Assembly: GCA_047602405.1 (NCBI GenBank)
Contig: JASGHJ010000001.1
Location: 2,330,423-2,394,422 of the forward strand
From: Anaeromyxobacteraceae bacterium
GTDB taxonomy: Bacteria > Myxococcota > Myxococcia > Myxococcales > Anaeromyxobacteraceae
DNA: 64,000 nt
Direction: 5' to 3'
The notes under the pieces are model-generated. The model saw only the letters and a list, made by a program, of their open reading frames with translations. It did not search any database and was not told where the DNA came from. This document shows, piece by piece, positions 29,640 through 40,287 of this stretch (the stretch's first letter is position 1; the number at the start of each line of letters is the position of its first letter). The position numbers and the translations under genes were made by a program.

Positions 29640-31764
29640 TCACGGCTCCCCGCGCGGCTTGGCCTCCGCCGCTCCTCCCTGGCGCTCCAGGCTGGACAGG
29701 AGCTCCTCGATGGCCTCGAGCGACGCGGGCTTCGCGAGGTGGCCGTCGAAGCCCGCGTGGTGCGCCCGGGCCACGTCCTCCGGCCGGGCGTAGCCCGACA
29801 GCGCGATGAGCCGCGCGCTGGCCGCGTTCGGCTCGGCCTTCAGGCGCCGCGCGAGCTCGAAGCCGTCCACGTCGGGCAGCCCGAGAATCGCAGAGGATCG
29901 CGTCGGGCGGCGTGCTCCGGACGGCCGCGAGCGCGGCCCCGGCGTCCGGCGCGCGCTCCGCCGAGTGGCCCGCCAGCCGCAGCACGTCGACCAGCATCTC
30001 GGCCGCGTCGAGGTTGTCCTCCACGACGAGCACGCGCCGGCGGGGCCCCGGAGCGCCGGGCTCCCGTGGCCCCCTCCGCTGCGGCGGGGACGCGGCGGGC
30101 AGCTCCACGACGAACTCGGCGCCGCGCCCCTCGCCCTCGCTGTGTCCCCTCACGGTCCCGCCGTGGAGCTCCGCGAGGCCGCGCACGAGCGCGAGGCCGA
30201 GCCCCAGCCCACCCCGCGATCGGGACAGCGAGCCGTCGGCCTGCACGAAGGGCTCGAAGACCCGCGCGAGCACGTCCGGCGCCATGCCGATCCCGTCGTC
30301 GCGCACGCGGACCACGGCGTGCTCTGCCCCGCCCTGCACCTCGAGCCGCACCCGGCCGCCCCGGTCCGTGAACTTGGAGGAGTTGAGGAGGAGGTTGCCG
30401 ACGATTTGCTCGATCCGCGCGGCGTCCGCGTGCACGTGCGGCCCCTCGGGCGGGGTCACCACCTCGAGCTCCACCCCGCGCACGTCGAACACCGCCCGGA
30501 GGTCCTCCGCGGCCGCCCGGGCGGCCCGGCCGAGATCGAGCGCCTCGCGCTGGAGCTGGATCTTGCCGCGGGTGATCCGCACGACGTCGAGGAGGTCGTC
30601 CACCATCCGGCCGAGGTGCGCCACCTGCCGGCCGATCACCTTCCGCGCGCGCACCGCCAGCTCGGCGGTGCCCTGCCCGGCGTCGAGCATCGCGAGCGCG
30701 TTCACGATCGCGGCGAGCGGGTTGCGGAGCTCGTGCGAGAGCACGGCCAGGAACTCGTCCTTGCGCCGATCCGCGTCGGACACGGTCGACATGGCGGCGC
30801 GGAGGCTGGCCTCCGCGTCCCTGCGCGCCCCCACCTGGCGCGCGAGCTCCTCGTTCTGGACCTTGAGCTCCACCTGCTGCACCTGCAGCTCCTCGTTCTG
30901 CGCCTGCAGCTCCTCCTCCTGCGCGCGGAGCTCCTCGTTCTGCACCTGCAGCTCCTCGTTCTGCGCGGCGAGGCGCTCCTCGCGGTCGCGGAGCGCCTCG
31001 GCCATCCGCGCGAATGCGTCCGCGAGCCTCGCGAACTCGCCGCGCGGCGCGGGGCTCCGCTCGAGCTCCGCGGCGGCCGCGTAGTCGCCCTGCGCGAGGC
31101 GGCCGCTGACCGCGACGAGGTGCGCGGCGGGCGCCCGGACCTGGCGCGCCGTGAACCACGCGGTGAGGCCCAGCAGGCCGCACGTCACCAGGAAGGCCAG
31201 CACGAGCCAGAGCTCCGTGCGGTGCCGGTCGGCCTGGATCGCCGCGCTGGCGGCCAGGGACCGCTCGCGCAGCCCCTGGCGGAACGCGCGCACCCGCTGG
31301 AGGATGGGCTCGCGGAGGCCGTCGAGCGCGAGCTCCCCGGCCACCACTTCCTGGTGCGGGGCGCCCGCGCGCACCCGGTCCGCGAGGTCGCGCACCGCCT
31401 CGAGGTAGGCGGGCAGCCCGACGAGGCTCTCCCGGAGCCCGGCGCGGGGGTCCTGCGGGTCGAGGTCGCGGAGCACCCCCATCTCCTCGTGGATCCGCGC
31501 GAGCGCCCGCTCGAGCTCCGCATGGGCAGCCGGCGTGCGCGCGATGACGGCGGAGCGGACCTCGACCGCGACCGCCAGGATCGCCGCCTCGACCCGGGCC
31601 GCGGCGACGCCCGCCGGGGCGATCCGCTCCACCTGGCGCGCCGACTGCTCGCCGATCCGCCCCTGGAAGTGGAGGGCGGCGCCGAGCAGGAGCCCGAGCA
31701 GGAGGGCCGCCACGCCGAAGCCCACGCCGAGCGAGGCGCCGATGGAGGCGTCCCGTCTGGCCAT
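29640..31764 (-). CDS. Membrane hybrid histidine kinase (HAMP, coiled coil, HisKA, HATPase, REC); frameshift near 29885
   Basis: FLAVLSHELRNPL, NLLLNSSKFT, DDGIGM, GGLGLGL, VLVVEDN, MDGFELARRL, HLAKP. Confidence 0.92.
30845..30965 (-). repeat. Coding 21-nt tandem repeat (QNEEL heptads)
   Basis: About six units like ctcctcgttctgcacctgcag encoding AQNEELQVQNEELRAQEEELQAQNEELQVQQVELKVQNEEL. Confidence 0.8.
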
Positions 31765-32606
31765 CACGAGGCGCTCCGTCGCCGGAAGAGCCGGGCCCGC
31801 CAATCGACCACCTCGAGCTCGCCGGCCGCCTCGGGGGGAATCCACTCCGCCTCGCCCAGCCACAGGAGCCCCCCGCGCCGGAGCGCCGCCACGAGGTGCG
31901 CCACCACCTCCCGCTGCAGCGCGGCCTCGAAGTAGATGAGCGTGTTCCGGCACGCGACGAGGTCGAACGACCCTCGAGGGGGCGCCGCCGCGAGGTCCCG
32001 CCGCTCGAAGGCCACCCTCGCGCGCAGCGAACCGGCCATCCGGAACGGCAGCCGCGGATCCCCCGTCCGCTCGAGGTGGCGATGCCGGAGCGCCACCGGC
32101 AGCTCCTCGAGCGCCTCCGGGGGGTAGGCGCCGAACGCCGCGGCCGCGAGCGCCGCAAGGTCGACGTCGGTGCCCAGCACGTCCGGCGCCGCGGGGGTGG
32201 GGATCCCCTCCTCGGCGAGGACGATGGCGAGGGAGTATGCCTCCTCGCCGCGCGCGCAGCCCGCGCTCCAGGCGCGCAGCGGGTGGGGCGTCGCGCGCCG
32301 CAGCTCACGCAGCGCGCGCTGCAGCGCCGCGATCGAGGGCGCGTCGCGCCAGACCCGGCTCACCTTGACGGTCAGGCGCTCGAGGAGGTGGGCCGCCTCC
32401 GCCGGGTCGGCGCGCAGCCGGACCACGTAGGCGGCCGGGTCGTCGACGCGCGCCGCGATCATGGCGTTCCGGATCCGGCGCTCGACCGTGGCGCGGCGGT
32501 AGGCGCGGAAGTCGACGCCGTGGCGCTCCCGCACCTCCGCGAGCATGAGGTCGATCGCCGCCGGGGGGAGGCGCTCGTCCCGACTCGTCCACGCAGCGTG
32601 CGTCAC
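31764..32606 (-). CDS. cheR: CheR-type protein-glutamate methyltransferase
   Basis: GVDFRAYR, RAWSAGCARGEEAYSLA, GTDVD, FDLVACRNTLIYF, LWLGEAE. Confidence 0.9.
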   Translation of the reverse strand: MTHAAWTSRDERLPPAAIDLMLAEVRERHGVDFRAYRRATVERRIRNAMIAARVDDPAAYVVRLRADPAEAAHLLERLTVKVSRVWRDAPSIAALQRALRELRRATPHPLRAWSAGCARGEEAYSLAIVLAEEGIPTPAAPDVLGTDVDLAALAAAAFGAYPPEALEELPVALRHRHLERTGDPRLPFRMAGSLRARVAFERRDLAAAPPRGSFDLVACRNTLIYFEAALQREVVAHLVAALRRGGLLWLGEAEWIPPEAAGELEVVDWRARLFRRRSAS

Positions 32607-32729
32607 GGCAGCCTCCCGATCCAGGAAGCTTCTCCCGCGAACCGGGCCTCGCAGGCTGAGCCCCGGTGGGGAATGGCCCGCCCGGGCCGGGGTGTAGAAT
32701 CTCCACTCCACCCCGAGCGAGGTGCCTTC

Positions 32730-33521
32730 ATGAGCACGACCGCGGAGTCCCCCCACGTCGCCCGCGAGGACGCGGGCGGTGTCGCCACCCTGACCCTGGA
32801 CCGCGGCGACCGCTTCAACCCGCTCTCGCTCGCGATGCTCACCGGGCTCGAGGCGCGGCTCGACGAGGTCGCGGCCGACCGGAGCGTGAAGGCGGTCGTG
32901 CTCGCCGCCGCCGGCCGCGGCTTCTGCGCCGGCCACGATCTCAAGGAGCTCCGCGCGCACGCGGGCGACGAGGCCTGGCAGAGGAGGTTCTTCGGCGACG
33001 CGAGCCGGGTGATGGTGAAGCTCACGCAGCTGCCCCAGCCGGTCGTCGCCCGCGTCCACGGCATCGCCACCGCCGCCGGCGCGCAGCTCGTCTCGATGTG
33101 CGACCTCGCGGTCGCCTCCGAGGAGGCGCGGTTCGCGCTGCCGGGCGTGAACGTCGGGCTCTTCTGCTCGACGCCCGCGGTCGGCGTCGCCCGCAACGTC
33201 GGCCGCAAGCGCGCGATGGAGCTCCTCCTCACCGGCGAGCCGGTCGACGCGAGGACCGCGCTCGCCTGGGGGCTCGTGAACCGGGTGGTGCCCCTCGACG
33301 CGCTCGACGCGGAGGTGAAGCGGTTCACCGACCTCGTCGTGGCGCGGAGCGCGCGGGTGATCTCGGCCGGGAAGCGCGCGTTCTACCGGCAGCTCGATCA
33401 GTCCCTCGGCGACGCCTACGAGGGCACCGGGAGGGAGATGGTGAGCGGCATGCTCCAGCCCGACGCCGTCGAGGGCATCGAGGCGTTCCTCGGGAAACGC
33501 GCGCCGAGGTGGCCGGGGTAG
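32730..33521 (+). CDS. Enoyl-CoA hydratase/isomerase
   Basis: FCAGHDLKE, GIATAAGAQLVSMCDL, PGVNVGLFCSTP. Confidence 0.92.
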   Translation: MSTTAESPHVAREDAGGVATLTLDRGDRFNPLSLAMLTGLEARLDEVAADRSVKAVVLAAAGRGFCAGHDLKELRAHAGDEAWQRRFFGDASRVMVKLTQLPQPVVARVHGIATAAGAQLVSMCDLAVASEEARFALPGVNVGLFCSTPAVGVARNVGRKRAMELLLTGEPVDARTALAWGLVNRVVPLDALDAEVKRFTDLVVARSARVISAGKRAFYRQLDQSLGDAYEGTGREMVSGMLQPDAVEGIEAFLGKRAPRWPG

Positions 33522-33573
33522 CCCCGGGACCGGCTTGCCCCGCGCCCTCCACGTCCCGACCTTCCCGGGAGCC

Positions 33574-34659
33574 GTGGAAGCGCGCGCTCCGCCTCTCCCG
33601 GGGCCCGACCCCGCCAGGACGGCGCTGCGCGCCGCGCTGCGCATCGCGGGGCTGGGCCTCGCCCTCGCGGCCGCGTGGGCCGCTCGCGAGGTCCTGCTCC
33701 TCGGCTTCACGGCGCTGCTCCTCTCGGTCGTCCTCTCCTTCCCGGTCGGGTGGGTGCAGCGGCTCCTGCCGCGCCGGGGCCTCGCCGTGCTGGTGGTGCT
33801 CGTGCTCGGCGGCGGGCTCCTGGGCGGGATCGGCGCGCTCGCGATCCCGTCGCTCGCCGAGGAGGCGCCGGGCGTCGTGGAGGGCGCGCCGCGCGCGATC
33901 AAGCGGGCGCGGGACTACCTCGAGCGCGGGCGCCGGATGCTCGGGGACGGCAAGGCGACGCCGGCCGCGCCGCCGCCCGCGGAGCAGCCCACGAAGCAGA
34001 TCGCCGAGGCGGCCCAGCTCGCGCTGCCGGCGGCGGCCGCCATCGCCACCACCATCACCGAGATCGTCCTCGTCATCGTGCTCGCCGCGTTCCTCGCCGC
34101 GGAGCCCGGCGCCTACCGGCGCGGGATCCGGCGGCTCGTGCCGCCGCGCCACGAGGCCGTGTTCGACGAGGTCTGGGAGCGGGTGCACCTGGGGCTCCGG
34201 CGCTGGGTCGGCGGCATCCTCGTCGCGATGGCGCTCATGGGCGGCTTCACCGCCGCGGGGCTCCTCGCCGCGGGCGTGGAGGGCTGGGCGCTGCTCGGGC
34301 TCCTCACCTTCGTCGGCACCTTCGTGCCCTACGCCGGCGCCGTCGCGAGCGCGGTGCCCGGGCTGCTCGTCGCGGCGGGGCAGTCGTCTCGCCACTTCCT
34401 GCTCGCGATGGGCGTCTACCTCGCCGTCCACGTCCTCGAGGGCTACATCGTGGAGCCGCTCGTGATGCGGCGGGCCGTCTCGGTCCGGCCGGCGCTGCTC
34501 CTCGCCGGGCAGGCGCTGTTCGGGGCGGTCTTCGGCGTGCTCGGCATCGTCGTCGCGACGCCCGCGCTCGTCTGCGGCCAGGTGATCGTCGAGGTGCTCT
34601 GGGTGGAGCGGCGGCTCAGGAAGCCGCCCGCGCCGGACGTGGCGCCGCTCGCGACTTGA
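33574..34659 (+). CDS. AI-2E family transporter
   Basis: Multi-TM; FVPYAG, LEGYIVEPLV, FGVLGIVVATP. Confidence 0.88.
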   Translation: MEARAPPLPGPDPARTALRAALRIAGLGLALAAAWAAREVLLLGFTALLLSVVLSFPVGWVQRLLPRRGLAVLVVLVLGGGLLGGIGALAIPSLAEEAPGVVEGAPRAIKRARDYLERGRRMLGDGKATPAAPPPAEQPTKQIAEAAQLALPAAAAIATTITEIVLVIVLAAFLAAEPGAYRRGIRRLVPPRHEAVFDEVWERVHLGLRRWVGGILVAMALMGGFTAAGLLAAGVEGWALLGLLTFVGTFVPYAGAVASAVPGLLVAAGQSSRHFLLAMGVYLAVHVLEGYIVEPLVMRRAVSVRPALLLAGQALFGAVFGVLGIVVATPALVCGQVIVEVLWVERRLRKPPAPDVAPLAT

Positions 34660-34694
34660 GCCCCCGCGGGCGGCGGTGCTACTCGGTAACTCCC

Positions 34695-35669
34695 GTGCCG
34701 TCCCCGGTCCCCGCCGCCCCCGGCCCCTGGCCGCACACCGCGCTCGAGGGGCGCACGCTGCGCCTCGACGGGGATCGCTTCGAGGTCGGCCTCCCCGGGG
34801 ACTGGGCGCACTTCATCGACCCGCGCCTGCCCGAGGTGCTCCCGGGCTGGGGCCTCGAGGAGCCGGGGCAGCTGCCGGGCTTCCGGCGCTCGAGGCTGGA
34901 GGCCGGTCGCGTCCTCGCGCTCTCGCTCGACCACGCGTGGGCCGCCGCGGCGTGGGCCCGGTGCCGCGCCGGCGGGCCGCTCACCGTGGTGCACCTCGAC
35001 CGTCACACCGACTGCGGCGCGCCGCTCCTCCTCGTCTCCGGCGAGGGGGGCCTCGTCGACTGCCTCAGCGGCGCGCCGGTCGGCGCGGGCGCGCCGGAGT
35101 CGCTCGAGGGCGCGGCCGCGTCGGGCGCGGTGGGCATCGGCGGCTTCATCGCGCCCGCGGTGGCGCTCGGCCTGGTCGGCCGCGTCGTGCACGTCTACCC
35201 CGCGCGCACGCCGCTCCCGGCGCCGCGCGAGCGCACGCTGTCGGTCGGCGCCGGCGACGCCCACCCGCGCCGCCCGGACCTGCGCTGGCTCGCCGCGTCG
35301 CTCGAGGGCGCCGCGGGCACCCCGCGGTGGAGCGTGCCGTACGTCGCCGCGCACGCCAGCACGGTCCCCGCCGGGCTCCCGGGGCCGGTCGTCCTCGACG
35401 TGGACCTCGACTTCGCGTCGAACCGCTACCGGGGCGACCCGGACTGGGAGGGCACGCCCGGGCCGGAGCTCGCGCCGGAGGCGTTCGCGGCCGAGGTCGG
35501 CGAGGTGCTCGATCGGCTCGAGCCGGCGCGGGTGGTCGGGGTGACGGTCGCGCTGTCGCCGGGCTTCTGCCCGGTGGAGGCGTGGCGCCCGCTCGCGGAG
35601 GCGCTCTCCGGCGTGCTGCGGGTCCGGCTCGGCGTCTCGCTCGAGGGGCTCGGGCCCTGGGAGCGCTGA
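34695..35669 (+). CDS. Arginase/deacetylase-fold protein (UPF0489 or peptide-arginase-like)
   Basis: DHAWA, VVHLDRHTD, VLDVDLDF, VALSPGFCP. Confidence 0.6.
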   Translation: MPSPVPAAPGPWPHTALEGRTLRLDGDRFEVGLPGDWAHFIDPRLPEVLPGWGLEEPGQLPGFRRSRLEAGRVLALSLDHAWAAAAWARCRAGGPLTVVHLDRHTDCGAPLLLVSGEGGLVDCLSGAPVGAGAPESLEGAAASGAVGIGGFIAPAVALGLVGRVVHVYPARTPLPAPRERTLSVGAGDAHPRRPDLRWLAASLEGAAGTPRWSVPYVAAHASTVPAGLPGPVVLDVDLDFASNRYRGDPDWEGTPGPELAPEAFAAEVGEVLDRLEPARVVGVTVALSPGFCPVEAWRPLAEALSGVLRVRLGVSLEGLGPWER

Positions 35670-35671
35670 GG

Positions 35672-37423
35672 CTACGCCTTCGCCGCCCTCGAGAGCGCGT
35701 CGCGCAGCGTCGAGACGGCGTAGGGCTTCTGGATGAACCCGGCGATGGGCGCCTGCGGGTGCCGTTCGAGCAGCGCCTGCTCGTCGAAGCCGCTCGAGAG
35801 CACGACGCGCAGCCCCGCGTCCACGGCGAGCAGCGCCTCGAGGGTCGCGATGCCGTCCATCTCCGGCATGGAGAGGTCGAGCAGGACGAGGTGGACCTCG
35901 CCGGGCCGGCTGCGGACGAGCTCCACGGCCTGCTTCCCGCCGGGCGCGGTGAGCACCGGGAACCCCATCGACTTCACCATCCGCGCGCAGGCCCGGAGCA
36001 CCAGCTCCTCGTCGTCCACCACCAGCACCGTGCCCGGCGCCGGCGCCGTGCGCGGCAGCGGCGTGCGCCGCGGCGGACCCACCTCGGCGGGCCCGGCCTC
36101 GCGCGCGGGGAAGAGCACGCGGATCGTCGTGCCGCGCCCGGGCGCGCTCTCGACGAAGATCGCGCCGTCGTGGCCACGCACGATCCCGAGGAGCGCCGCC
36201 ATCCCGAGCCCGCGCCCGGGGCCCTTCGTCGAGAAGAACGGGTCGAAGAGCCGCGCCTGGGTGGCCGCGTCCATGCCGCAGCCGTCGTCGCTCACCTCGA
36301 GCGCGACGTAGGCGTCGGCGGGCCGCCGCACCGCGAGCACGCTGCCCGCCACCGCCCCCGCCAGCGCCCCCGCGCCACCCGGCCTCACCGAGGTGGCGAG
36401 GGTGATGGTCCCCGCGCGCCCGCCGATGGCCTCGGCGGCGTTCGTGATGAGGTTCATCACGACCTGCTGGACCTGGCCGACGTCGGCGTCGACCGACGGG
36501 AGCGCCGGGGCGAGCCGCGGGACGATCGCGCAGGTGTGCGGCACCCCCGCGCGGAAGAGGTGGACGTTCTCCATCACGACGCCGGAGAGGTCGACCGGGC
36601 GCACCACGAAGCGGCCCTTCCCGGAGTACGCGAGGAGCTGGCGCGTGAGGTCGGTGGCGCGGCGCGCGGCCTGGGCGGCGAGCTCGACCGACTCCGCGGG
36701 CGGGCTGCCCGCGGGGAGCTCCAGCCGCGCGAGGTCGAGGTTCCCGAGCATCGCCTGCAGGAGGTTGTTGAAGTCGTGCGCCACCCCGCCGGCGAGCACG
36801 CCGAGGCTCTCCAGCTTCTGCGCGTGCAGGAGCCGGCGCTCGAGCTCGAGCCGCTCCGCGGCGTCCCGCTGCGAGGCGCGGAACAGGCGGGCGTTCTCGG
36901 CCGCGACCGCCGCCAGGTTCGCGAGCGTCCTGCAGAGATCGACGACCTCCGGGCCGAGTGTCATCGCGCCCGAGGTCGAGCCTACGATGAGGACGCCGAC
37001 CGCCTTCGGGCCCGCGATCATGGGGCAGTAGAGGAGGGTGCGCAGCCCGCGCTGCTCGACGACGACCCGCTCCGCGGGCGTGATGCTCGCCTCGAGGCGC
37101 ATGTCCGGCACGTGGACCGGGACCCCCTCCCGCAGCGCCCGGGCGAGGCGCGGGTGGTCGCGGGTCGCCGCGAGGCGCAAGGGCTCGGGGAACCCGGGGG
37201 GGAGGGGCGGCGTGGTCGCGCCGAGGCGGATCTGCTCGCCGTCGACGAGGTAGACCGCGGCGGACTCGAGCGCGGAGACCCGGCACACGCCGTCCGTCGT
37301 CGCCTGCAGGATCGCGTCGAGGTCGAGCGTCGCGGCGAGCGCGCCGCTCACCTCGACGAGGGTGGCCAGTCCTGCCGCGCGGCGGCGCAGCGCGGGGATG
37401 TCGTCGCTGTGCGCCTGGCTCAT
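35672..37423 (-). CDS. GAF-domain hybrid histidine kinase
   Basis: QKLESLGVLAGGVAHDFNNLL, MNLITNA, DDGCGM, GRGLGM, VLVVDDE, FIQKPY. Confidence 0.93.
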   Translation of the reverse strand: MSQAHSDDIPALRRRAAGLATLVEVSGALAATLDLDAILQATTDGVCRVSALESAAVYLVDGEQIRLGATTPPLPPGFPEPLRLAATRDHPRLARALREGVPVHVPDMRLEASITPAERVVVEQRGLRTLLYCPMIAGPKAVGVLIVGSTSGAMTLGPEVVDLCRTLANLAAVAAENARLFRASQRDAAERLELERRLLHAQKLESLGVLAGGVAHDFNNLLQAMLGNLDLARLELPAGSPPAESVELAAQAARRATDLTRQLLAYSGKGRFVVRPVDLSGVVMENVHLFRAGVPHTCAIVPRLAPALPSVDADVGQVQQVVMNLITNAAEAIGGRAGTITLATSVRPGGAGALAGAVAGSVLAVRRPADAYVALEVSDDGCGMDAATQARLFDPFFSTKGPGRGLGMAALLGIVRGHDGAIFVESAPGRGTTIRVLFPAREAGPAEVGPPRRTPLPRTAPAPGTVLVVDDEELVLRACARMVKSMGFPVLTAPGGKQAVELVRSRPGEVHLVLLDLSMPEMDGIATLEALLAVDAGLRVVLSSGFDEQALLERHPQAPIAGFIQKPYAVSTLRDALSRAAKA

Positions 37424-37546
37424 CCCGCTCCCCGGCCGCGCGATCCAGGGTGACCCGCGGTCCCAGTCGGAGCGTGTCACGCGCCGCGTTCGGCCGGAAG
37501 CCGATGGGGTGCGCCTTTCGGTCGCACGCTCCCCGCGGAGGGCGGG

Positions 37547-38177
37547 TCAGGCGGGTGGCGCGCCGGAGCCCTCGACCTCGTTGAGCATCGACGCCCAGAC
37601 GCCCATGTGGCCGGCGACGAAGCGCACGCCGACGGTGGTCGAGCTGCCCGCCTGCGCCGTCCAGCACACGACCGCCTGGAACTTCGCGGCGCGGTTGCCC
37701 GCGCCGAGGCGCACGTCCACCGGCTCGCCGATCGCGGGCACCGGACCGGACCACGCGAGCCCGCAGCCCTTCGCCGAGACCGAGAAGGTGGTGCGGTAGT
37801 GCGTGCCGTTCGAGCCCTGCACGACCGCGGGCAGCGAGACGAGGAACCGCGGCAGCCGGTTCTGGTACTCGACCGGCTCGCCGCGCGCGACGGAGAGGAG
37901 CTTCGAGAGCGCCGGGCGGCGCAGCTCGTCGGGTGCGAGCTCGACGCGGTGCTGGTTGCCCTGCCGGTTCGTGCTCGCGACGCGGCCGGTGATCGTGGCG
38001 GCGACGTCGAGGCCGACCACCATGATGCGCGAGACCACGCGCTCCTGCAGGCGCATGGGCCGCGGCACCGAGAGGACGAGGCGATTGGACTCGGGCCGCC
38101 ACGCCGCGACGAGCTTCTTCGGGCCGGAGCGCGACGTCGACGCGCGACCAGCCGGTGGTGGAGACAGCGGGGGGCAT
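37547..38177 (-). CDS. PilZ domain protein (possible frameshift near 38130)
   Basis: RLPRF, SVSAKGC, VVCW, VGVRF. Confidence 0.65.
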
Positions 38178-38450
38178 CCGTGAAGCTCCGTGACGCAGGG
38201 GGTCGCGCATCAAACCAGCGGAGACGCCCGGCGAGAAGAGGGGATGGAGAGGATACCCACCTGGTCCGACGCCGTGGAGGGAGTTCGATTCCGTGCGGGC
38301 GCTCGCTCGCCTACATCGCCCGCTCGCACCGTCGACGCAGGGACGCTCGTGGGCCCGCCGCGGCCGGCGACGATCCACTCCGAGCGTACGCGCGATGCTG
38401 GCGGCCCGTCCGAGGCGCGCCCACCTTCTCGCCGGAGCGAGGAGGTAGGT

Positions 38451-40281
38451 ATGCGCGTTGCGAGGCTCGGCACGGTCGCCTTGCTGCCTCTTCACGCTGG
38501 CCTGCGGCGGCGCGGGCGGCGGCGGCGGCGCGGGGGGTGGTGGAGGGGGAGGCGGCGGAGGCGGCGGGGGAGGCGGCGGAGGGACGGACAACCCGCCGAC
38601 CGCCGCGCTCGACGTGTCGGTGACCGGGCCGGGGTCGGTCGACCTCGCGGGCGGCGGCGCCGCGGTGCACTGCCAGGGGCACTGCACGATCACGGTGGGC
38701 CAGGGCGCCGCGGTCGTCGTGACGGCGCGCCCGGACGACGGCGCCGTCTTCTCGGGGTGGGACGGTGCGTGTCACGGCAACGGCGCGTGCGCCCTCACGG
38801 TGAACGCGGCGGTGACCGTGACCGCCCGCTTCGAGCAGGCGCCCGCGCCCGCCCCCGGCCGTCACGCGCTGACGGTGGTGCGGGCCGGCGAGGGGCTCGG
38901 CACGGTGAAGAGCGATCCGGGCGGCATCGACTGCGGCAACGACTGCCGGGCCGAGTACGGCGTCGGCGCGGTCGTGCGGCTCACCGCGACGGCGGTCGAG
39001 GGCGCGCGGTTCGCCGGCTGGGAGGGGCCGTGCGGCGGCACGGGCACCTGCGACGTCACGCTCTCGGCCGACGTCACGGTGACCGCCCGCTTCGACCGGG
39101 TCCAGGTGCCGCGCCGGACGCTGACGGTCGGACGGCAGGGCGAGGGCTCGGGCGTCGTGAGGAGCTCGCCCACCGGGATCGACTGCGGGAGCGCCTGCAC
39201 CTCGACCTGGGACGAGGGCACGGTGGTGACGTTGACGGCGACGGCCGACGCGGGCTCCGCCTTCACGGGCTGGGGCGGTGCCTGCTCCGGGGCGGGGACC
39301 TGCACGCTCACGCTCGCCGGCGACGCGACCGTGACCGCGGCGTTCTCGAAGGTGACCGCGGCCGCGAAGCCCTTCACCCTCGAGGAGGTGCGTGGGCCGG
39401 ACGCCGACGGCAGCGTCGCGCCGCACGGCCTGAACGCGCGCGGCGACGTGGCCGGCGCCTACCTCACCGCGCGCGCGGGCGTGCGCGCGTTCGTGGCCCC
39501 GGCGGGCGGCACGTTCACGCTCATCGGCGCGCCCGGCAGCGAGACCGTGGGGGTGGGGATCTCCGACGCCGGTGCGGTGGCGGTCTACCTGCAGGCGACG
39601 ACGCACGTCGCGCGCTGGTCGGGCGGCGTGCTCCGCGAGATCACCTTCGCCCCCGGCAACTGGGGCGCCTACCCGACCGGCATCGGGCCCACCGGCGCGA
39701 TCGTCGGCTTCATGTGGATGCCGGACGGCCGGACCGAGGCGTTCCTCGCGGCGGGCGAGACCGCGGTGACGCTCCCGCGCCCGTCGGGCGGCACGGCGAG
39801 CTGCAGCGCGGCCGCCGTGAACCTGGACGGCACGATCGCGGGGGGCTGCGACGCCGACGCGGTGGTCTGGCGGAGCGGCCGGCCGGAGCTCCTGCCGGTG
39901 CCCCGGAGCGCGGGGGCTCGCGACGTGAGCGGCGCGGGGCGCGTCTGCGGGAGCGAGGCGGGGACGGGCAGGTACGCCGAGGGGTTCGTGCGCGTGCTCG
40001 CGACCGGTACGACCGAGGCGGCGCGGCCGGACGGCGATCACCTCAGCGTCAGCTTCGCGGCGGTGAACGACGCGGGGACCGCGGTGGGCGTGTCGATGGG
40101 GAAGAACGGCCGGGGCGACGCGGTGCTCTGGCAGGGCGGGAAGCTCGCGCTGCTGCGCGACCTCGTCGACGATCCCGGCTGGCACCTCGAGGAGGCGGTC
40201 GACGTCAACGCCCGCGGCGACGTGCTCGTCTGGGGTCAGGACGGCGGCCGGACCCGCGCCGCCGTCCTGCACCCGAGGTGA
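38451..40281 (+). CDS. Lipoprotein with poly-Gly linker, three divergent InlB B-type repeats and HAF-like propeller; frameshift near 38487
   Basis: ATG after GGAGG, TLAC lipobox, repeats of G.GTV.S.P.GIDCG..C...V.LTAT...F.GW.G.C, then NARGDVAG-type repeats. Confidence 0.7.
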
Positions 40282-40287
40282 ATCAGG

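Noticed and set aside
30845..30965. 21-nt periodic repeat as possible CRISPR or VNTR element
   Set aside because: In-frame coiled-coil heptads inside the kinase; no unique spacers and no cas genes.
38506..38583. G-rich tract as G-quadruplex or regulatory element
   Set aside because: Explained by a poly-Gly linker after the lipobox.
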